Notes under the pieces: model-generated | The model's database searches: none | What the model was told of the DNA's origin: nothing | The model's input: the letters and a program-made list of their open reading frames with translations, nothing else | Assembly (NCBI GenBank): GCA_015062245.1 | Contig: SUVA01000003.1 | Coordinates: 21,372-85,371 of the forward strand | Source of the DNA: Alphaproteobacteria bacterium | GTDB lineage: Bacteria; Pseudomonadota; Alphaproteobacteria; CAAHEQ01; UBA3637 | Direction: 5' to 3' | DNA length: 64,000 bases | Shown: positions 46,961-56,711 of the stretch, piece by piece | Layout of the letters: every line of letters begins with the position of its first letter | How positions within the stretch are numbered: the first letter of the stretch is position 1 | Translations under genes and position numbers: made by a program

Positions 46961-47710
46961 TCAAGCTTTTATATTTACAACCAATCCATCATAAGCTGGT
47001 CTGATATATTTCGGTAATTTTTGACACAGCGTATCATAGTCCATATGGGTTCCAATATGGGTTAAAAACACCCGTTTGGGTTTTATTTTTTCAACCCAAG
47101 ACATTGCCTCATCAAATGAGATATGTTTATTATTTTCTTTTCTGGTCCATCCGCCTAATACCCAAGTATGAATCCCCTGCAAAGCATCAAAGCCTTTTTT
47201 ATCCATTTTTTTTAAATCTGTGGAATAGGCAAAATCCCCTATTCTGTACCCCACTGAAATCAAATTGTCGTGATATTGTTTGATGGGTAAAACCTCTAAA
47301 TGATTGACCTGAAACGCTTTAAACATTTGAATTTTATGTAAATGATAATACGAATCTTTAAAAATATAAGCCTGATGATTTTTAAAATAATCCAAATCCT
47401 GTTGGCTGGCATAAACATCCAAATGACGCCCTTGATCCATCACCATTTTATTGACATCGTCGGCACCACCGGTATGGTCATAATGTAAGTGAGTGTATAA
47501 AAGAGCATCCAATTTTCTGTTTTTAACGCCCAATAATTGCAATCTGATTTCGGGCGGTGTATCAATCAAAATTTGAGTTCCTTTATCTGAAATCAACAAA
47601 GAACTGCGAAAACGGATATTTTTGGGATTGTTTGGATCGCATTCGCCAAATCCACGTGTCAAAGACGGCATACCGTATGATGGACCACATCCTAAAATCC
47701 TTACTTTCAT
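46961..47710 (-). CDS. MBL-fold metallo-hydrolase
   Basis: THLHYDHTGG metal-binding motif; located after tatD as in many Alphaproteobacteria. Confidence 0.65.
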   Translation of the reverse strand: MKVRILGCGPSYGMPSLTRGFGECDPNNPKNIRFRSSLLISDKGTQILIDTPPEIRLQLLGVKNRKLDALLYTHLHYDHTGGADDVNKMVMDQGRHLDVYASQQDLDYFKNHQAYIFKDSYYHLHKIQMFKAFQVNHLEVLPIKQYHDNLISVGYRIGDFAYSTDLKKMDKKGFDALQGIHTWVLGGWTRKENNKHISFDEAMSWVEKIKPKRVFLTHIGTHMDYDTLCQKLPKYIRPAYDGLVVNIKA

Positions 47711-48492
47711 TTATCCCCCTTGAAATACAAACGATTAAAGTTTTCGTCCGTTATCTTTTCCATTTGTTCAGCGGAAATCCGTTTAATTTCGGCCAATTTT
47801 TCCAATGTTTTTTGCACATATGCCGGTTGATTTTTTTTACCACGATAAGGTGTGGGGGCCAACCACGGGGCATCAGTTTCCACCAATAATCTATCCAAAG
47901 GAATTTGGGCAAATATATCTCTTAATTCATCTGCTTTTTTAAATGTAATAACACCAGATGCGGATATATAAAGTCCCACATCCAATGCTGATTTTGCCAA
48001 TTTCAATGAACCCGTAAAACAATGAACAACACCACTGTTTTTTAACCATCCTTTTTGATGCGCTTCTTTTAAAATTTCAATTGTATCTTCTTCGGCATCA
48101 CGGGTGTGAATCATAACCGGTTTATTTAATTTATGGGCAATTTCCAATTGTTTTTGAAATAATTGTTTTTGATTTTCAATTGTTTGCGGGGCCTCGTGAT
48201 AATCCAAGCCCATTTCACCGACAGCAACCAATTTTGGATTTTGGGAAAACAAGTTTTCCAATTTATCCAAATCTTTTTGAAAATCATAATCGGCATATTC
48301 GGGATGTAATCCGATTGCACCATAAACCACTTTTTCTTTTTGAATTAAATCCAATAATTCAGCCCAATCTTTCGCCTCACAGGCAACCCCTAAAATTTTC
48401 CCCACACCATTTTCAACAGCGCTTTGAATTATTTCATTTAAAGGCAAATCATAATCTTGCGCACTTAAATGACAATGTGAATCAATCGTCAT
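47707..48492 (-). CDS. tatD: TatD-family deoxyribonuclease
   Basis: MTIDSHCHL start, GEMGLDY, ETDAPWL motifs. Confidence 0.85.
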   Translation of the reverse strand: MTIDSHCHLSAQDYDLPLNEIIQSAVENGVGKILGVACEAKDWAELLDLIQKEKVVYGAIGLHPEYADYDFQKDLDKLENLFSQNPKLVAVGEMGLDYHEAPQTIENQKQLFQKQLEIAHKLNKPVMIHTRDAEEDTIEILKEAHQKGWLKNSGVVHCFTGSLKLAKSALDVGLYISASGVITFKKADELRDIFAQIPLDRLLVETDAPWLAPTPYRGKKNQPAYVQKTLEKLAEIKRISAEQMEKITDENFNRLYFKGDK

Positions 48493-49412
48493 GATAAAGT
48501 CTCCGAAATTTTTAAAATAATATCTGTTATAACTTGCGCTTTATCCAAATAAAGTGAATCAGATTTTCTGGTCAAAGATTGTACCCAATCATAAAGTTTG
48601 GTATATTTTTGAGCCTCATTCAATGAATTTGAAAAAGCTTGCTCATTTAAAAACCTTTGAATAAAATGTATGGTTAAATCCCATTGAACTGAATCTTTTG
48701 ATACTTCTTTTGAAAAAGAAAAAACCAATGACAGATTTAATTGATTTAAAGGAATTAAAAATCCCTTTAAACGTTCATATAACTGCACACCGTTATTTTG
48801 AATAATTTTATTGGCAATCCCAGGCATCCCATCTGATACTTCAGCAATCCATTGGGCGTTTTCTTCTTCGGGGTAATCTTGATTTATTTTTGTTGTTAGT
48901 TCTGAAACAGACATCGGATGCAAATAAATTTTTTGACAACGTGATAAAATTGTCGGCAACAATCGGGCCGGATTTTCCGTCAATAAAAAGATTAAAGTTT
49001 TATCAAAAGGTTCTTCCAAGGTTTTTAAAAAAGCATTTTGTGCATTGATATTCATCTGTTCGGCCAAAGATACGACCAAAATTTTGCAGGGCAAAGATGT
49101 TTTAAGCGACAAAAAGCCCATTGTTTGGCGGATATCTTCCACCGTTATTTCACTTTTTTTATCTTCATCTGATATTGATTCAACCGAACGACCTTCCAAA
49201 ATTTCCTTTTGAATTTTCTTTTTGGCTTCTTCGGTTAAACCGCATTCCAAAACTTTAAAACCAGATGCCATTCCTTGTTGTCCCAATAATTTTTGGGCAA
49301 TTAAACGCACTGTATCCATTTTGCCCATACCGGCACCACCCACAATCATCCAAGTCATCGCCCTTGGATTTTGCGTATATGAGTCACAAATACTTTGAAT
49401 ATAATCAGACAT
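48489..49412 (-). CDS. holB: DNA polymerase III delta-prime subunit
   Basis: AAA+ clamp-loader: GGAGMGKMDTV Walker-A-like, FLKTLEEP, SRCQ sensor; tmk-holB synteny. Confidence 0.75.
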   Translation of the reverse strand: MSDYIQSICDSYTQNPRAMTWMIVGGAGMGKMDTVRLIAQKLLGQQGMASGFKVLECGLTEEAKKKIQKEILEGRSVESISDEDKKSEITVEDIRQTMGFLSLKTSLPCKILVVSLAEQMNINAQNAFLKTLEEPFDKTLIFLLTENPARLLPTILSRCQKIYLHPMSVSELTTKINQDYPEEENAQWIAEVSDGMPGIANKIIQNNGVQLYERLKGFLIPLNQLNLSLVFSFSKEVSKDSVQWDLTIHFIQRFLNEQAFSNSLNEAQKYTKLYDWVQSLTRKSDSLYLDKAQVITDIILKISETLS

Positions 49413-50037
49413 ATTGTTTTACAATCTCCATTATATCCTGATGTATATCGTCCACCGAACGATTCGTTTGAATAACATGACAACGTTGACTATCCTGCTG
49501 GGCAATTTTTAAAAAGGCCTGACGTAAATTTTGATGAAATTGGATATCCATATCTTCAAATCGGCGTTCATTATTACCTAAGCGATCGCAACTGCGTTTC
49601 AGACCTATTTCAGGCTCTACATCCAAAATAAAAGTTAAATCAGGACGAAAATCCCCTGCAATCATTTGATATAAATCCATCAATTTTTGCTGTAATTCTT
49701 TATCATCTTTACGACCATAGCCCTGATAGGCCAAAGTGCTGTCAGCAAAACGATCACACAGAACAATCTTACCTTCTTTTAATGCGGGCCAGATTTTATT
49801 TACCAAATGATCACGGCGAGCGGCCGAAAACAGTAAAACTTCGGTCAAAGCGTCCCAATTAGCATTACCGCAAACCAATAAAGGACGAATCTTTTCGGCG
49901 CCTTCACTGCCACCGGGTTCACGTGTCAAAAGAACGGATTTTCCCATTGATTCAAGAGCCTGAGCCAACAAACGAATTTGTGTTGTTTTTCCCGACCCCT
50001 CTCCGCCTTCAAAAGTAATAAATAAGCCCGCCATCAT
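49405..50037 (-). CDS. tmk: Thymidylate kinase
   Basis: FITFEGGEGSGKTTQ P-loop, DRF motif. Confidence 0.9.
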   Translation of the reverse strand: MMAGLFITFEGGEGSGKTTQIRLLAQALESMGKSVLLTREPGGSEGAEKIRPLLVCGNANWDALTEVLLFSAARRDHLVNKIWPALKEGKIVLCDRFADSTLAYQGYGRKDDKELQQKLMDLYQMIAGDFRPDLTFILDVEPEIGLKRSCDRLGNNERRFEDMDIQFHQNLRQAFLKIAQQDSQRCHVIQTNRSVDDIHQDIMEIVKQYV

Positions 50038-51176
50038 TAACCACCAAATAATGCTTTGATTTTTCCGAAAAAGCCCACTTTTTCTACATTTTCAGCGGCC
50101 AATAAATCCGTTTCCACCAAAGTTTTATCCGGTAAAATCGTTGTTATTGTTCCTAATTTTTGTCCTTTTTTTATCGGAGCCAATACCGGTTGTTGATAGC
50201 GCACAACGGAAGAAGCCTGAATATCATCTGATATCAAATGGGTTTGGATTAAATTTTTGGCCGCAACCGCATTGACCGTTTTGGCCTCACCCAACCAAAC
50301 ATCCACAGAAGCCAACGGTTTTTGGGTATCCAATAAATTGGAATTTTGGAAATTCGCCAACCCCCAGCTCATCATCTTACGGGCTTCCTCGGCACGCTCA
50401 TTCATACTTTTTAATCCGTTAATGACCATAATTAAACGGCGACCGTCCTTTGCTTTAACAGATGCTGTTAAACCATATCCGGACTTTTGTGTATGTCCTG
50501 TTTTTAAACCATCAGCACCGTCCAAAGAATATAATAACGGATTACGATTGCCTTGTTTAATTCCATTATATGTGAATTCTTTTTGTGAATAAATTTCATA
50601 TTGTTCGGGATAATCACGAATGATATGTTGCGACAATAAGGCCAAATCCTTAGCGCTCATCAAATGTTCGGGATGTGGAATACCTGTGGCGTTTTTAAAA
50701 GTGGAATTTTTAAGTCCCATTTTTTTTGCTTTTTGGGTCATTTTGGCGGCAAAAGCCTCCTCAGTTCCTGCCATATTTTCGGCCACAACAATACAGGCAT
50801 CATTTCCCGATTGAATAATAATTCCTTTTAATAAATCATCCAAACGAACTTTTTGTTTAGGTTCCAAAAACATTGTGGAACCACCCGTGGCAGCCCCGCC
50901 CTTTTTCCAAGCATTTTCAGAAACTTCAAATTCGTCATCCCATTTGTATTTTCCTGATTTGACAGCCTCATCAATCATATAAGCTGTCATCAATTTGCTC
51001 ATAGAAGCGGGATGCATTGGCTCATCGGCTTTTTTATCAAACATAATATACCCTGTATCGGCATCCATCAACAGAGCATACTTTGCCTTTGTTTTTAAAG
51101 TCTCAGCCGAAAGCGGTGTTGCAAACACCGCCCCGACCAAAGCCAATATACATAATTTACTTTGTGATATACGCAT
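50037..51176 (-). CDS. dacC: D-alanyl-D-alanine carboxypeptidase (PBP5/6-type)
   Basis: Signal peptide; SMSKLMT (SxxK), SGND (SxN), KTGHT (KTG). Confidence 0.8.
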   Translation of the reverse strand: MRISQSKLCILALVGAVFATPLSAETLKTKAKYALLMDADTGYIMFDKKADEPMHPASMSKLMTAYMIDEAVKSGKYKWDDEFEVSENAWKKGGAATGGSTMFLEPKQKVRLDDLLKGIIIQSGNDACIVVAENMAGTEEAFAAKMTQKAKKMGLKNSTFKNATGIPHPEHLMSAKDLALLSQHIIRDYPEQYEIYSQKEFTYNGIKQGNRNPLLYSLDGADGLKTGHTQKSGYGLTASVKAKDGRRLIMVINGLKSMNERAEEARKMMSWGLANFQNSNLLDTQKPLASVDVWLGEAKTVNAVAAKNLIQTHLISDDIQASSVVRYQQPVLAPIKKGQKLGTITTILPDKTLVETDLLAAENVEKVGFFGKIKALFGG

Positions 51177-52032
51177 CTTTATAGCCTTGTTGTTTTAATT
51201 GTTGCAAAATTTGTTTTGCCTGTTCTTTATCGGTGAACGGTCCAACTTTAACAATTGATAAAGTCCGATTATTGCGTTGAATTTGTTCAACCTGAACAGG
51301 ATATTGTGATAATTTTTTCTGTAAATTCAAAGCATTTTGATGATTGGCAAAACTACCTAATTGAATTTTTGGCCCATTCAAAACGGCTGGGGTTGTATCA
51401 ACAGATTTTACCATTTTATCTGTACCATCATAAAGCGGTGTTTCATTCATAGGTTGTATTGCAAATAAATCTTTTTCCTGAGCTGTTTTTCCGGCAGGAA
51501 TTCCCTGTTGATAAACACGTCCTGCTTCAACCAATTGTTGTTTTAAAACGGCGCTTTCTTCCGGCATCAAATCCACTTGAACCAAAACAGTACCGGAAAC
51601 AGGCATTCCCAATTCACGGGCAGCACTTTGTGATACATCAATCAAACGATTATTAACCATTGGACCTCGGTCATTGACACGGGCAATTATACTTTTATCG
51701 TTTTCCAAGTTTGTAATTTTAACAATACTTGGCAAAGGTAATGTTTTGTGACGTGCAGACGGAATATTGACATCATAAATTTCACCATTGGCTGTTAAAG
51801 CCGAATCACCGGCCGGCATATACCATGATGCCAATCCTCTTTCTGTGTATTCTTCTTGTTCGGCTGGTGTGTACCAAACACCTTTTATTTCATATGGTTC
51901 TTCCACACGATAAAGAGCGTTTTGGGTGTTGGTATCAGCATATTCCCCCCAAGAATGAACCAAAGGTCCGTTGGATGAACATCCGGCCAATAACATTGTA
52001 CTTAAAATTGTTGTATATATATATTTATTCAT
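51157..52032 (-). CDS. rlpA: Septal ring lytic transglycosylase RlpA with C-terminal SPOR domain
   Basis: Lipoprotein-like N-terminus (LLAGCSS); DPBB region GLASWYMPAGDSALTANGEIYD; C-terminal SPOR-like QLGSFANHQNALNLQKKL. Confidence 0.7.
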   Translation of the reverse strand: MNKYIYTTILSTMLLAGCSSNGPLVHSWGEYADTNTQNALYRVEEPYEIKGVWYTPAEQEEYTERGLASWYMPAGDSALTANGEIYDVNIPSARHKTLPLPSIVKITNLENDKSIIARVNDRGPMVNNRLIDVSQSAARELGMPVSGTVLVQVDLMPEESAVLKQQLVEAGRVYQQGIPAGKTAQEKDLFAIQPMNETPLYDGTDKMVKSVDTTPAVLNGPKIQLGSFANHQNALNLQKKLSQYPVQVEQIQRNNRTLSIVKVGPFTDKEQAKQILQQLKQQGYKDAYITK

Positions 52033-53239
52033 ATTTTTCCTCCTTGTTATGAATATTTAGTTTTGTTAAAACTTGTGAATTTGGATAACCGTCAACCATC
52101 ATATTATTATCACGTTGGAACATGCGGATGGCTTTGCGCATATTTGTCCCCAACAATCCATCAACTGCATCGGCATAATAACCTTTATCCAATAAGATTT
52201 GTTGCAGTTTTTGAAATTCTTCTGTTTTCAGCGGTTCAAAATTTTCAGGGCGAACAGGGGCTGTTCTGCGCCCTGCTATCATATCTGCTAAAATTCCTGT
52301 TGTAAGGGCGTACAATTCCAACTTATTCCAACGATTTAGCAATTTAAAATTTGGATAGGTCAAAAAGAAAGGACCATCCGCCCCCAATGGCGCACGCAAT
52401 TTTGCCAAAATAACAGATTCAGAATCAGAAAATTTCTTATTTCCAATTATTTTAACACCCATTTTTTGCCACTCATTCACATATTTTGATTCACCTATCA
52501 AGCTGTAATCAAAATTTACCGACAAAACCACTTCCCTGCCCCAAGGCTCTGACTCTTGCCAACCCATTTGGTGCAAATAATTGGCGGCCGAAGCCAAAGA
52601 ATCGGGAATGCTGCCAGTCAAACTTTTTGTCCCATTTGAATCGGCATCCACAGCATAAGCCATAAAAGTTGTCGGCATAAATTGGAAATTTCCGATACCG
52701 CCATCCCAAGCACCCAAGATAGGTGGGTAAGGTTCGGATTCCAATATGCGAAAATAAGCCAACAATTCTTTTGTAAAAAATTCACGACGTCTGGGGTGAT
52801 AGGCCAAAGTTCCCAAAGAATCCAACAATGGTGTTTTTCCCATAAATGAACCAAAATTTGTTTCCATACTCCAAAGCGCCAAGAGATATTCTTTTGGGAC
52901 ATGATAATTTTTTGAAACACGATTTAACCAAGTTGTATAAGTGTTTTTCATCTTTTGGGCGTTTTTGACTTTTTCTTGGGTCAAACGAGTGGCTATATAA
53001 TCCCAAAAGTTGCGAATATACTCAGGCTTTTTCACATCTGTTGCAATAACACGTTCCTGTAAAACCATTTTAGGCATATAAAAATCCAAGGTTTTTTGTA
53101 AAATTCCTTCTTTCAGAGCCCGAATTTTAAACTCTTCCTGCCACTTTTTAAAATCTTCATCTTGTGCATGAGCAGAAACAGCACATAAAATTGCCCCTGC
53201 AAAAAAAACGCAACGCATTGATTTTAAAAGTTTTTTCAT
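52025..53239 (-). CDS. Lytic murein transglycosylase (MltB/Slt35 family) with C-terminal peptidoglycan-binding domain
   Basis: Signal peptide; LALWSMETNFGSFMG (catalytic ES.F region); C-terminal LQQILLDKGYYADAVDGLLGTNMRKAIRMFQRD = PG_binding_1. Confidence 0.7.
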   Translation of the reverse strand: MKKLLKSMRCVFFAGAILCAVSAHAQDEDFKKWQEEFKIRALKEGILQKTLDFYMPKMVLQERVIATDVKKPEYIRNFWDYIATRLTQEKVKNAQKMKNTYTTWLNRVSKNYHVPKEYLLALWSMETNFGSFMGKTPLLDSLGTLAYHPRRREFFTKELLAYFRILESEPYPPILGAWDGGIGNFQFMPTTFMAYAVDADSNGTKSLTGSIPDSLASAANYLHQMGWQESEPWGREVVLSVNFDYSLIGESKYVNEWQKMGVKIIGNKKFSDSESVILAKLRAPLGADGPFFLTYPNFKLLNRWNKLELYALTTGILADMIAGRRTAPVRPENFEPLKTEEFQKLQQILLDKGYYADAVDGLLGTNMRKAIRMFQRDNNMMVDGYPNSQVLTKLNIHNKEEKYE

Positions 53240-53356
53240 ATTTTTCCCCGATTCGTTTATTTTATGATACCTTATTTTTCATAAAAAATCACTTGATTTT
53301 TTTATTTTTTTTGAATAAAATGCATCTGTCTGATAAATCCAAGACAAAATCCCATA

Positions 53357-53446
53357 GGAAGGGTGGTCGAGTGGTTTAAGGCACCGGTCTTGAAAACCGG
53401 CGTGGGGGCAACCCCACCGAGGGTTCGAATCCCTCCCCTTCCGCCA
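53357..53446 (+). tRNA. tRNA-Ser (TGA), long variable arm, CCA encoded
   Basis: GGAAGGG/CCCTTCC acceptor, anticodon loop CTTGAAA, variable stem-loop GTGGGGGCAACCCCAC, T-arm GAGGG-TTCGAAT-CCCTC. Confidence 0.85.
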
Positions 53447-53477
53447 ATTAGCATCTCGATTAACGAGATGTTTTTTT
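53428..53477 (+). repeat. Direct repeat copy 1: tRNA-Ser 3' end plus terminator hairpin (catctcgattaacgagatg + T-run)
   Basis: aatccctccccttccgcca-a-ttagcatctcgattaacgagatgttttttt recurs at 53579-53629 with one substitution. Confidence 0.6.
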
Positions 53478-53578
53478 ATTTAAGGGATGAGAACCCGAGC
53501 AGAGGGTTCGTTCACGAATGAAATGAGTGGACGCCTTTGGGCAGTCCTGAGCAAGGTGAAGGATGAGCGCTAGCGAAC

Positions 53579-53629
53579 AATCCCTCCCCTTCCGCCAGTT
53601 AGCATCTCGATTAACGAGATGTTTTTTTT
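53579..53629 (+). repeat. Direct repeat copy 2; the preceding ~95 nt (53486-53578) contain a second, interrupted tRNA-Ser T-arm fragment
   Basis: ccgagcagagggttcg | ~70-nt insert | aatccctccccttccgcca reads as a tRNA 3' pseudo-fragment split in the T-loop. Confidence 0.55.
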
Positions 53630-53680
53630 ATTGACTTATTTGCAATTTTTTTTCTACAATAATCAAAAAGGATATATAAT

Positions 53681-55015
53681 ATGATAAAAACCAACAAAGA
53701 CAACATTTCTTTTGATGAAATTGTAGAAAGTATTCCCTTTGAACAGTTTAAAGCGAGTTTTTTGTCGGCGGAAGAAAAAAAACTGAGTGATACATTGGAA
53801 AAAATAGCAAACAAAGAAACAACACCTTCAAAGATGGAAATAATATTAAGAGGGTTTCTTGAAAACATAAGAAAAAATCTTTCTGATTCAGACAAAGCAG
53901 CTGTTCAATCAAAAGCCTTTGATCCTTTGTACAACATTGCCTATTATGCCCGAGCCATATCACAAATGCATCCGGGATTCAGCCCAGAAGGACAAAAGGC
54001 AGGCTTTGAAACGGAAGATTTTAAATCAGAAGTCGTGAAACTGTATCAAAAATATCAGAGTGAAAATTTAAAACTAATAAATGAAGGCAAAGTCAATCAG
54101 TTACTGACAGACCTTTTAGGAATAGGTCTTACCACCTTACAGGACAATCATTTCAACATTAAAACGGCCCAAAATACACGGGTATATAAAAATGAAGCCG
54201 AAACTTTTTCAAAATGGACTCAGGAACGACCATTAAAAACGAAGCATCCCCAAAAAGGAAATGTTGGTCAAAATGTTGCATATTGTGCCGATAAGTTAAC
54301 AAAAATCCTGATGCAAGAAAATCTTGGAGCAACAGAAAATCAAAGCCCCTTACTTGTTGCTGAACATAAAATAGCGGGAAAAACTTATGGGGTGGTCGCA
54401 ATAAGTTCGGGTATTATTCATTGGGGAACACCCGCACAAGAAGAGGAAGAACAAAAATTTAAAAAACTGAGTGAAAATTTTGAAAAACATTATAAAAATT
54501 GGGATGGAGTTATTATCGATGTCCGTGGTAATGGCGGAGGAGACGGCACAATCAACAGAACAATTACACGAATGCTATCCGGGGAAGAACCACCTTACTG
54601 TTTAAAGGCAACAAAGCGAAAAACGAAAGAAGCCGCATTAAGAGAAGTAAGTTCACCTGCAGTTCCTGAACAAAAAGAATGGATCCCGAAAACCTTTCAT
54701 GGGGCCCATAAAGTCTTTGTTCTGACAGATTCACTAACAAGTTCTGCCTCAGAAAGTTTTGTACCCATGTTAAAACATTATGAAAAGGCAACTTTTATTG
54801 GAGAAAACACGAATGGTTGTTGCCAATATGGTGCAATAAAACCCGTTCATTTACCCTGTGGTGGGATTATGAATATAGGGACACTTTTCAGAACATATGA
54901 AGACGGAATGGTGGAATGTGTTGGACATAAACCAGATATCAATTGTCAGGGACGAGATGCTCTGCAAGTTGCCTTTGAAGAAATTCAAAAGGAAGGAAAA
55001 GGAAAAAAATCATAA
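53681..55015 (+). CDS. S41-family (C-terminal processing/tail-specific-like) peptidase with unknown N-terminal domain
   Basis: GVIIDVRGNGGGDG and VFVLTDSLTSSASESF correspond to the S41 IIDLRxNxGG / TASAAE signatures; 444 aa. Confidence 0.5.
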   Translation: MIKTNKDNISFDEIVESIPFEQFKASFLSAEEKKLSDTLEKIANKETTPSKMEIILRGFLENIRKNLSDSDKAAVQSKAFDPLYNIAYYARAISQMHPGFSPEGQKAGFETEDFKSEVVKLYQKYQSENLKLINEGKVNQLLTDLLGIGLTTLQDNHFNIKTAQNTRVYKNEAETFSKWTQERPLKTKHPQKGNVGQNVAYCADKLTKILMQENLGATENQSPLLVAEHKIAGKTYGVVAISSGIIHWGTPAQEEEEQKFKKLSENFEKHYKNWDGVIIDVRGNGGGDGTINRTITRMLSGEEPPYCLKATKRKTKEAALREVSSPAVPEQKEWIPKTFHGAHKVFVLTDSLTSSASESFVPMLKHYEKATFIGENTNGCCQYGAIKPVHLPCGGIMNIGTLFRTYEDGMVECVGHKPDINCQGRDALQVAFEEIQKEGKGKKS

Positions 55016-55103
55016 AATGATACTCTTTCAAATTTATCCCTAAAAGGTGGTCATTTTAAGAAATGGTTGCATTCTCTTCGTCATAAAAACAAACAAAAAT
55101 AAC

Positions 55104-56711
55104 TTACTCCTTTATTTCACTTTCATTTTTTAAACGTTCGTAATCAGGCGAAACCTTGGTTAAATCTTGTGCCTCTGGGAAAAGCTGGTGCAAAGCTTTT
55201 TCCAACCAATATACCGCTTGCAACTTATCAGGGCGCTCATTTTGATAATAATCAGCCAAATAAAGCTGTGCCTGAACCTCACCACTTTGGGCGGCATAAG
55301 TATACCATTGTAGGGATTTTTCCAAATCTTGATGAGCTTTATTATCCGAAAAAATCTGCCCCAATTTCAACATAGAGGGAAAATGTTCTTGTTGAGCCGA
55401 TAATTGATAATAATATATGGCCCTTGAAATATCCTGAGGCACACCGATACCCTTTTCAAAAATTTGACCTAATTCGTATTGGCTGAGAGCATCGCCCATC
55501 TGAGCCATTTTTCCTGTCCATGCCAAATCCCAATTTAAATCGTTTGAAAAGTTTTCAGCTTTTAACGGAAAAACAAGCACCAAACAAAGAAAAAAACAAG
55601 CAAGGGATTTTAATAATTTTTGGGCTATTTTATTTTCAGGATAACTTTTCACCCAACCTTTGGCAAATTTTTTGGCCAATTTTTTATTGGTTATGAATAA
55701 TTTTTCTATGCAATTTTTAATTTTTAAATTTAAACCCTTACAATTTAGTGTTTGTAAGCGAAAGTAGAGCCCCAAAGCCTCATCATATTGTCCCAAAGTT
55801 TCTTGAATAACGGCTAAGGCCAACAACGCCTGAACATCCTGATTGTCATACTTTAAAACGATTTGGTAATAATCCAAGGCCAATGGTAATTTCCCTTGTT
55901 TCATCATTAAACGCCCCATTGATTTATGCGCATCCAGATTATTTTTATCCAAAGAGAGCAATTTATTATAGTAATATTCGGCTGTTTCTAAATCATTTAA
56001 ATTTTCCGCACAAACGCCAGCCATCAAAAACGCATTCAATTCATAAGGATTTTTCTGAATGTATTTTTTTAAAACATCCAATGCTTGATTATAATCTTTT
56101 TTTTCTATTAAACATTTTGACAATAATAAATCATCATCAATAAAATCCAAATATTTTTCAATTTCATCCAGTTGCCTTTTTTCCAACAAATAAACAACAA
56201 TATCTTTTGCCACAATCGGATTCGTTTTTAATTGAAAAGAGGTCGTTAAATTTTTAAGTTTATTTTTTTTACCCGAGCAAAATGCCAATCCGTGATAACC
56301 AAGATAAGCGTAATCGGTTGAGACTAGTTTTTCAAAAATATTTTTAGCCATATCCTTTTTATTCTGCGCCAAAGCAATCCATCCCAACTGCGCCTGAACA
56401 TTCGGCATATCGCAAAAAGGTTGATAGGTTTTTATTGCTTTATCATATTGACCGCTGTGTTGATAAACTTCCCCCAAAGCCAATTGATAATTTTTTTGAT
56501 TAGGATAAGCTTTCACCGCCAGATTTAAAAGGTCTATCGCTTGGACATAAATACCTTTTTTATAGGCAATCAATCCCAATAAATAAAAACAATCACCATG
56601 TGTCGGCGCCCAAACCAATACATCTCTTGCTTTTTGTTCGGCCTGATTTAAACGACCATTATTATAATCGTCAAAAGCCAAATCCAAAAGGTTGTCAATG
56701 TCATTCATCAT
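55104..56711 (-). CDS. TPR / Sel1-repeat protein (535 aa)
   Basis: Multiple TPR-like 34-mers; C-terminal Sel1-like repeats (ALSQYELGQIFEKGIGVPQDISRAIYYYQLSAQQ..., AQLYLADYY). Confidence 0.65.
   Translation of the reverse strand: MMNDIDNLLDLAFDDYNNGRLNQAEQKARDVLVWAPTHGDCFYLLGLIAYKKGIYVQAIDLLNLAVKAYPNQKNYQLALGEVYQHSGQYDKAIKTYQPFCDMPNVQAQLGWIALAQNKKDMAKNIFEKLVSTDYAYLGYHGLAFCSGKKNKLKNLTTSFQLKTNPIVAKDIVVYLLEKRQLDEIEKYLDFIDDDLLLSKCLIEKKDYNQALDVLKKYIQKNPYELNAFLMAGVCAENLNDLETAEYYYNKLLSLDKNNLDAHKSMGRLMMKQGKLPLALDYYQIVLKYDNQDVQALLALAVIQETLGQYDEALGLYFRLQTLNCKGLNLKIKNCIEKLFITNKKLAKKFAKGWVKSYPENKIAQKLLKSLACFFLCLVLVFPLKAENFSNDLNWDLAWTGKMAQMGDALSQYELGQIFEKGIGVPQDISRAIYYYQLSAQQEHFPSMLKLGQIFSDNKAHQDLEKSLQWYTYAAQSGEVQAQLYLADYYQNERPDKLQAVYWLEKALHQLFPEAQDLTKVSPDYERLKNESEIKE

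Noticed and set aside
53428-53629. Considered whether the tRNA-Ser-associated repeats could be a minimal CRISPR array
   Set aside because: Only two copies, 50 nt, composed of tRNA 3' end plus a terminator hairpin, no cas genes; not CRISPR.
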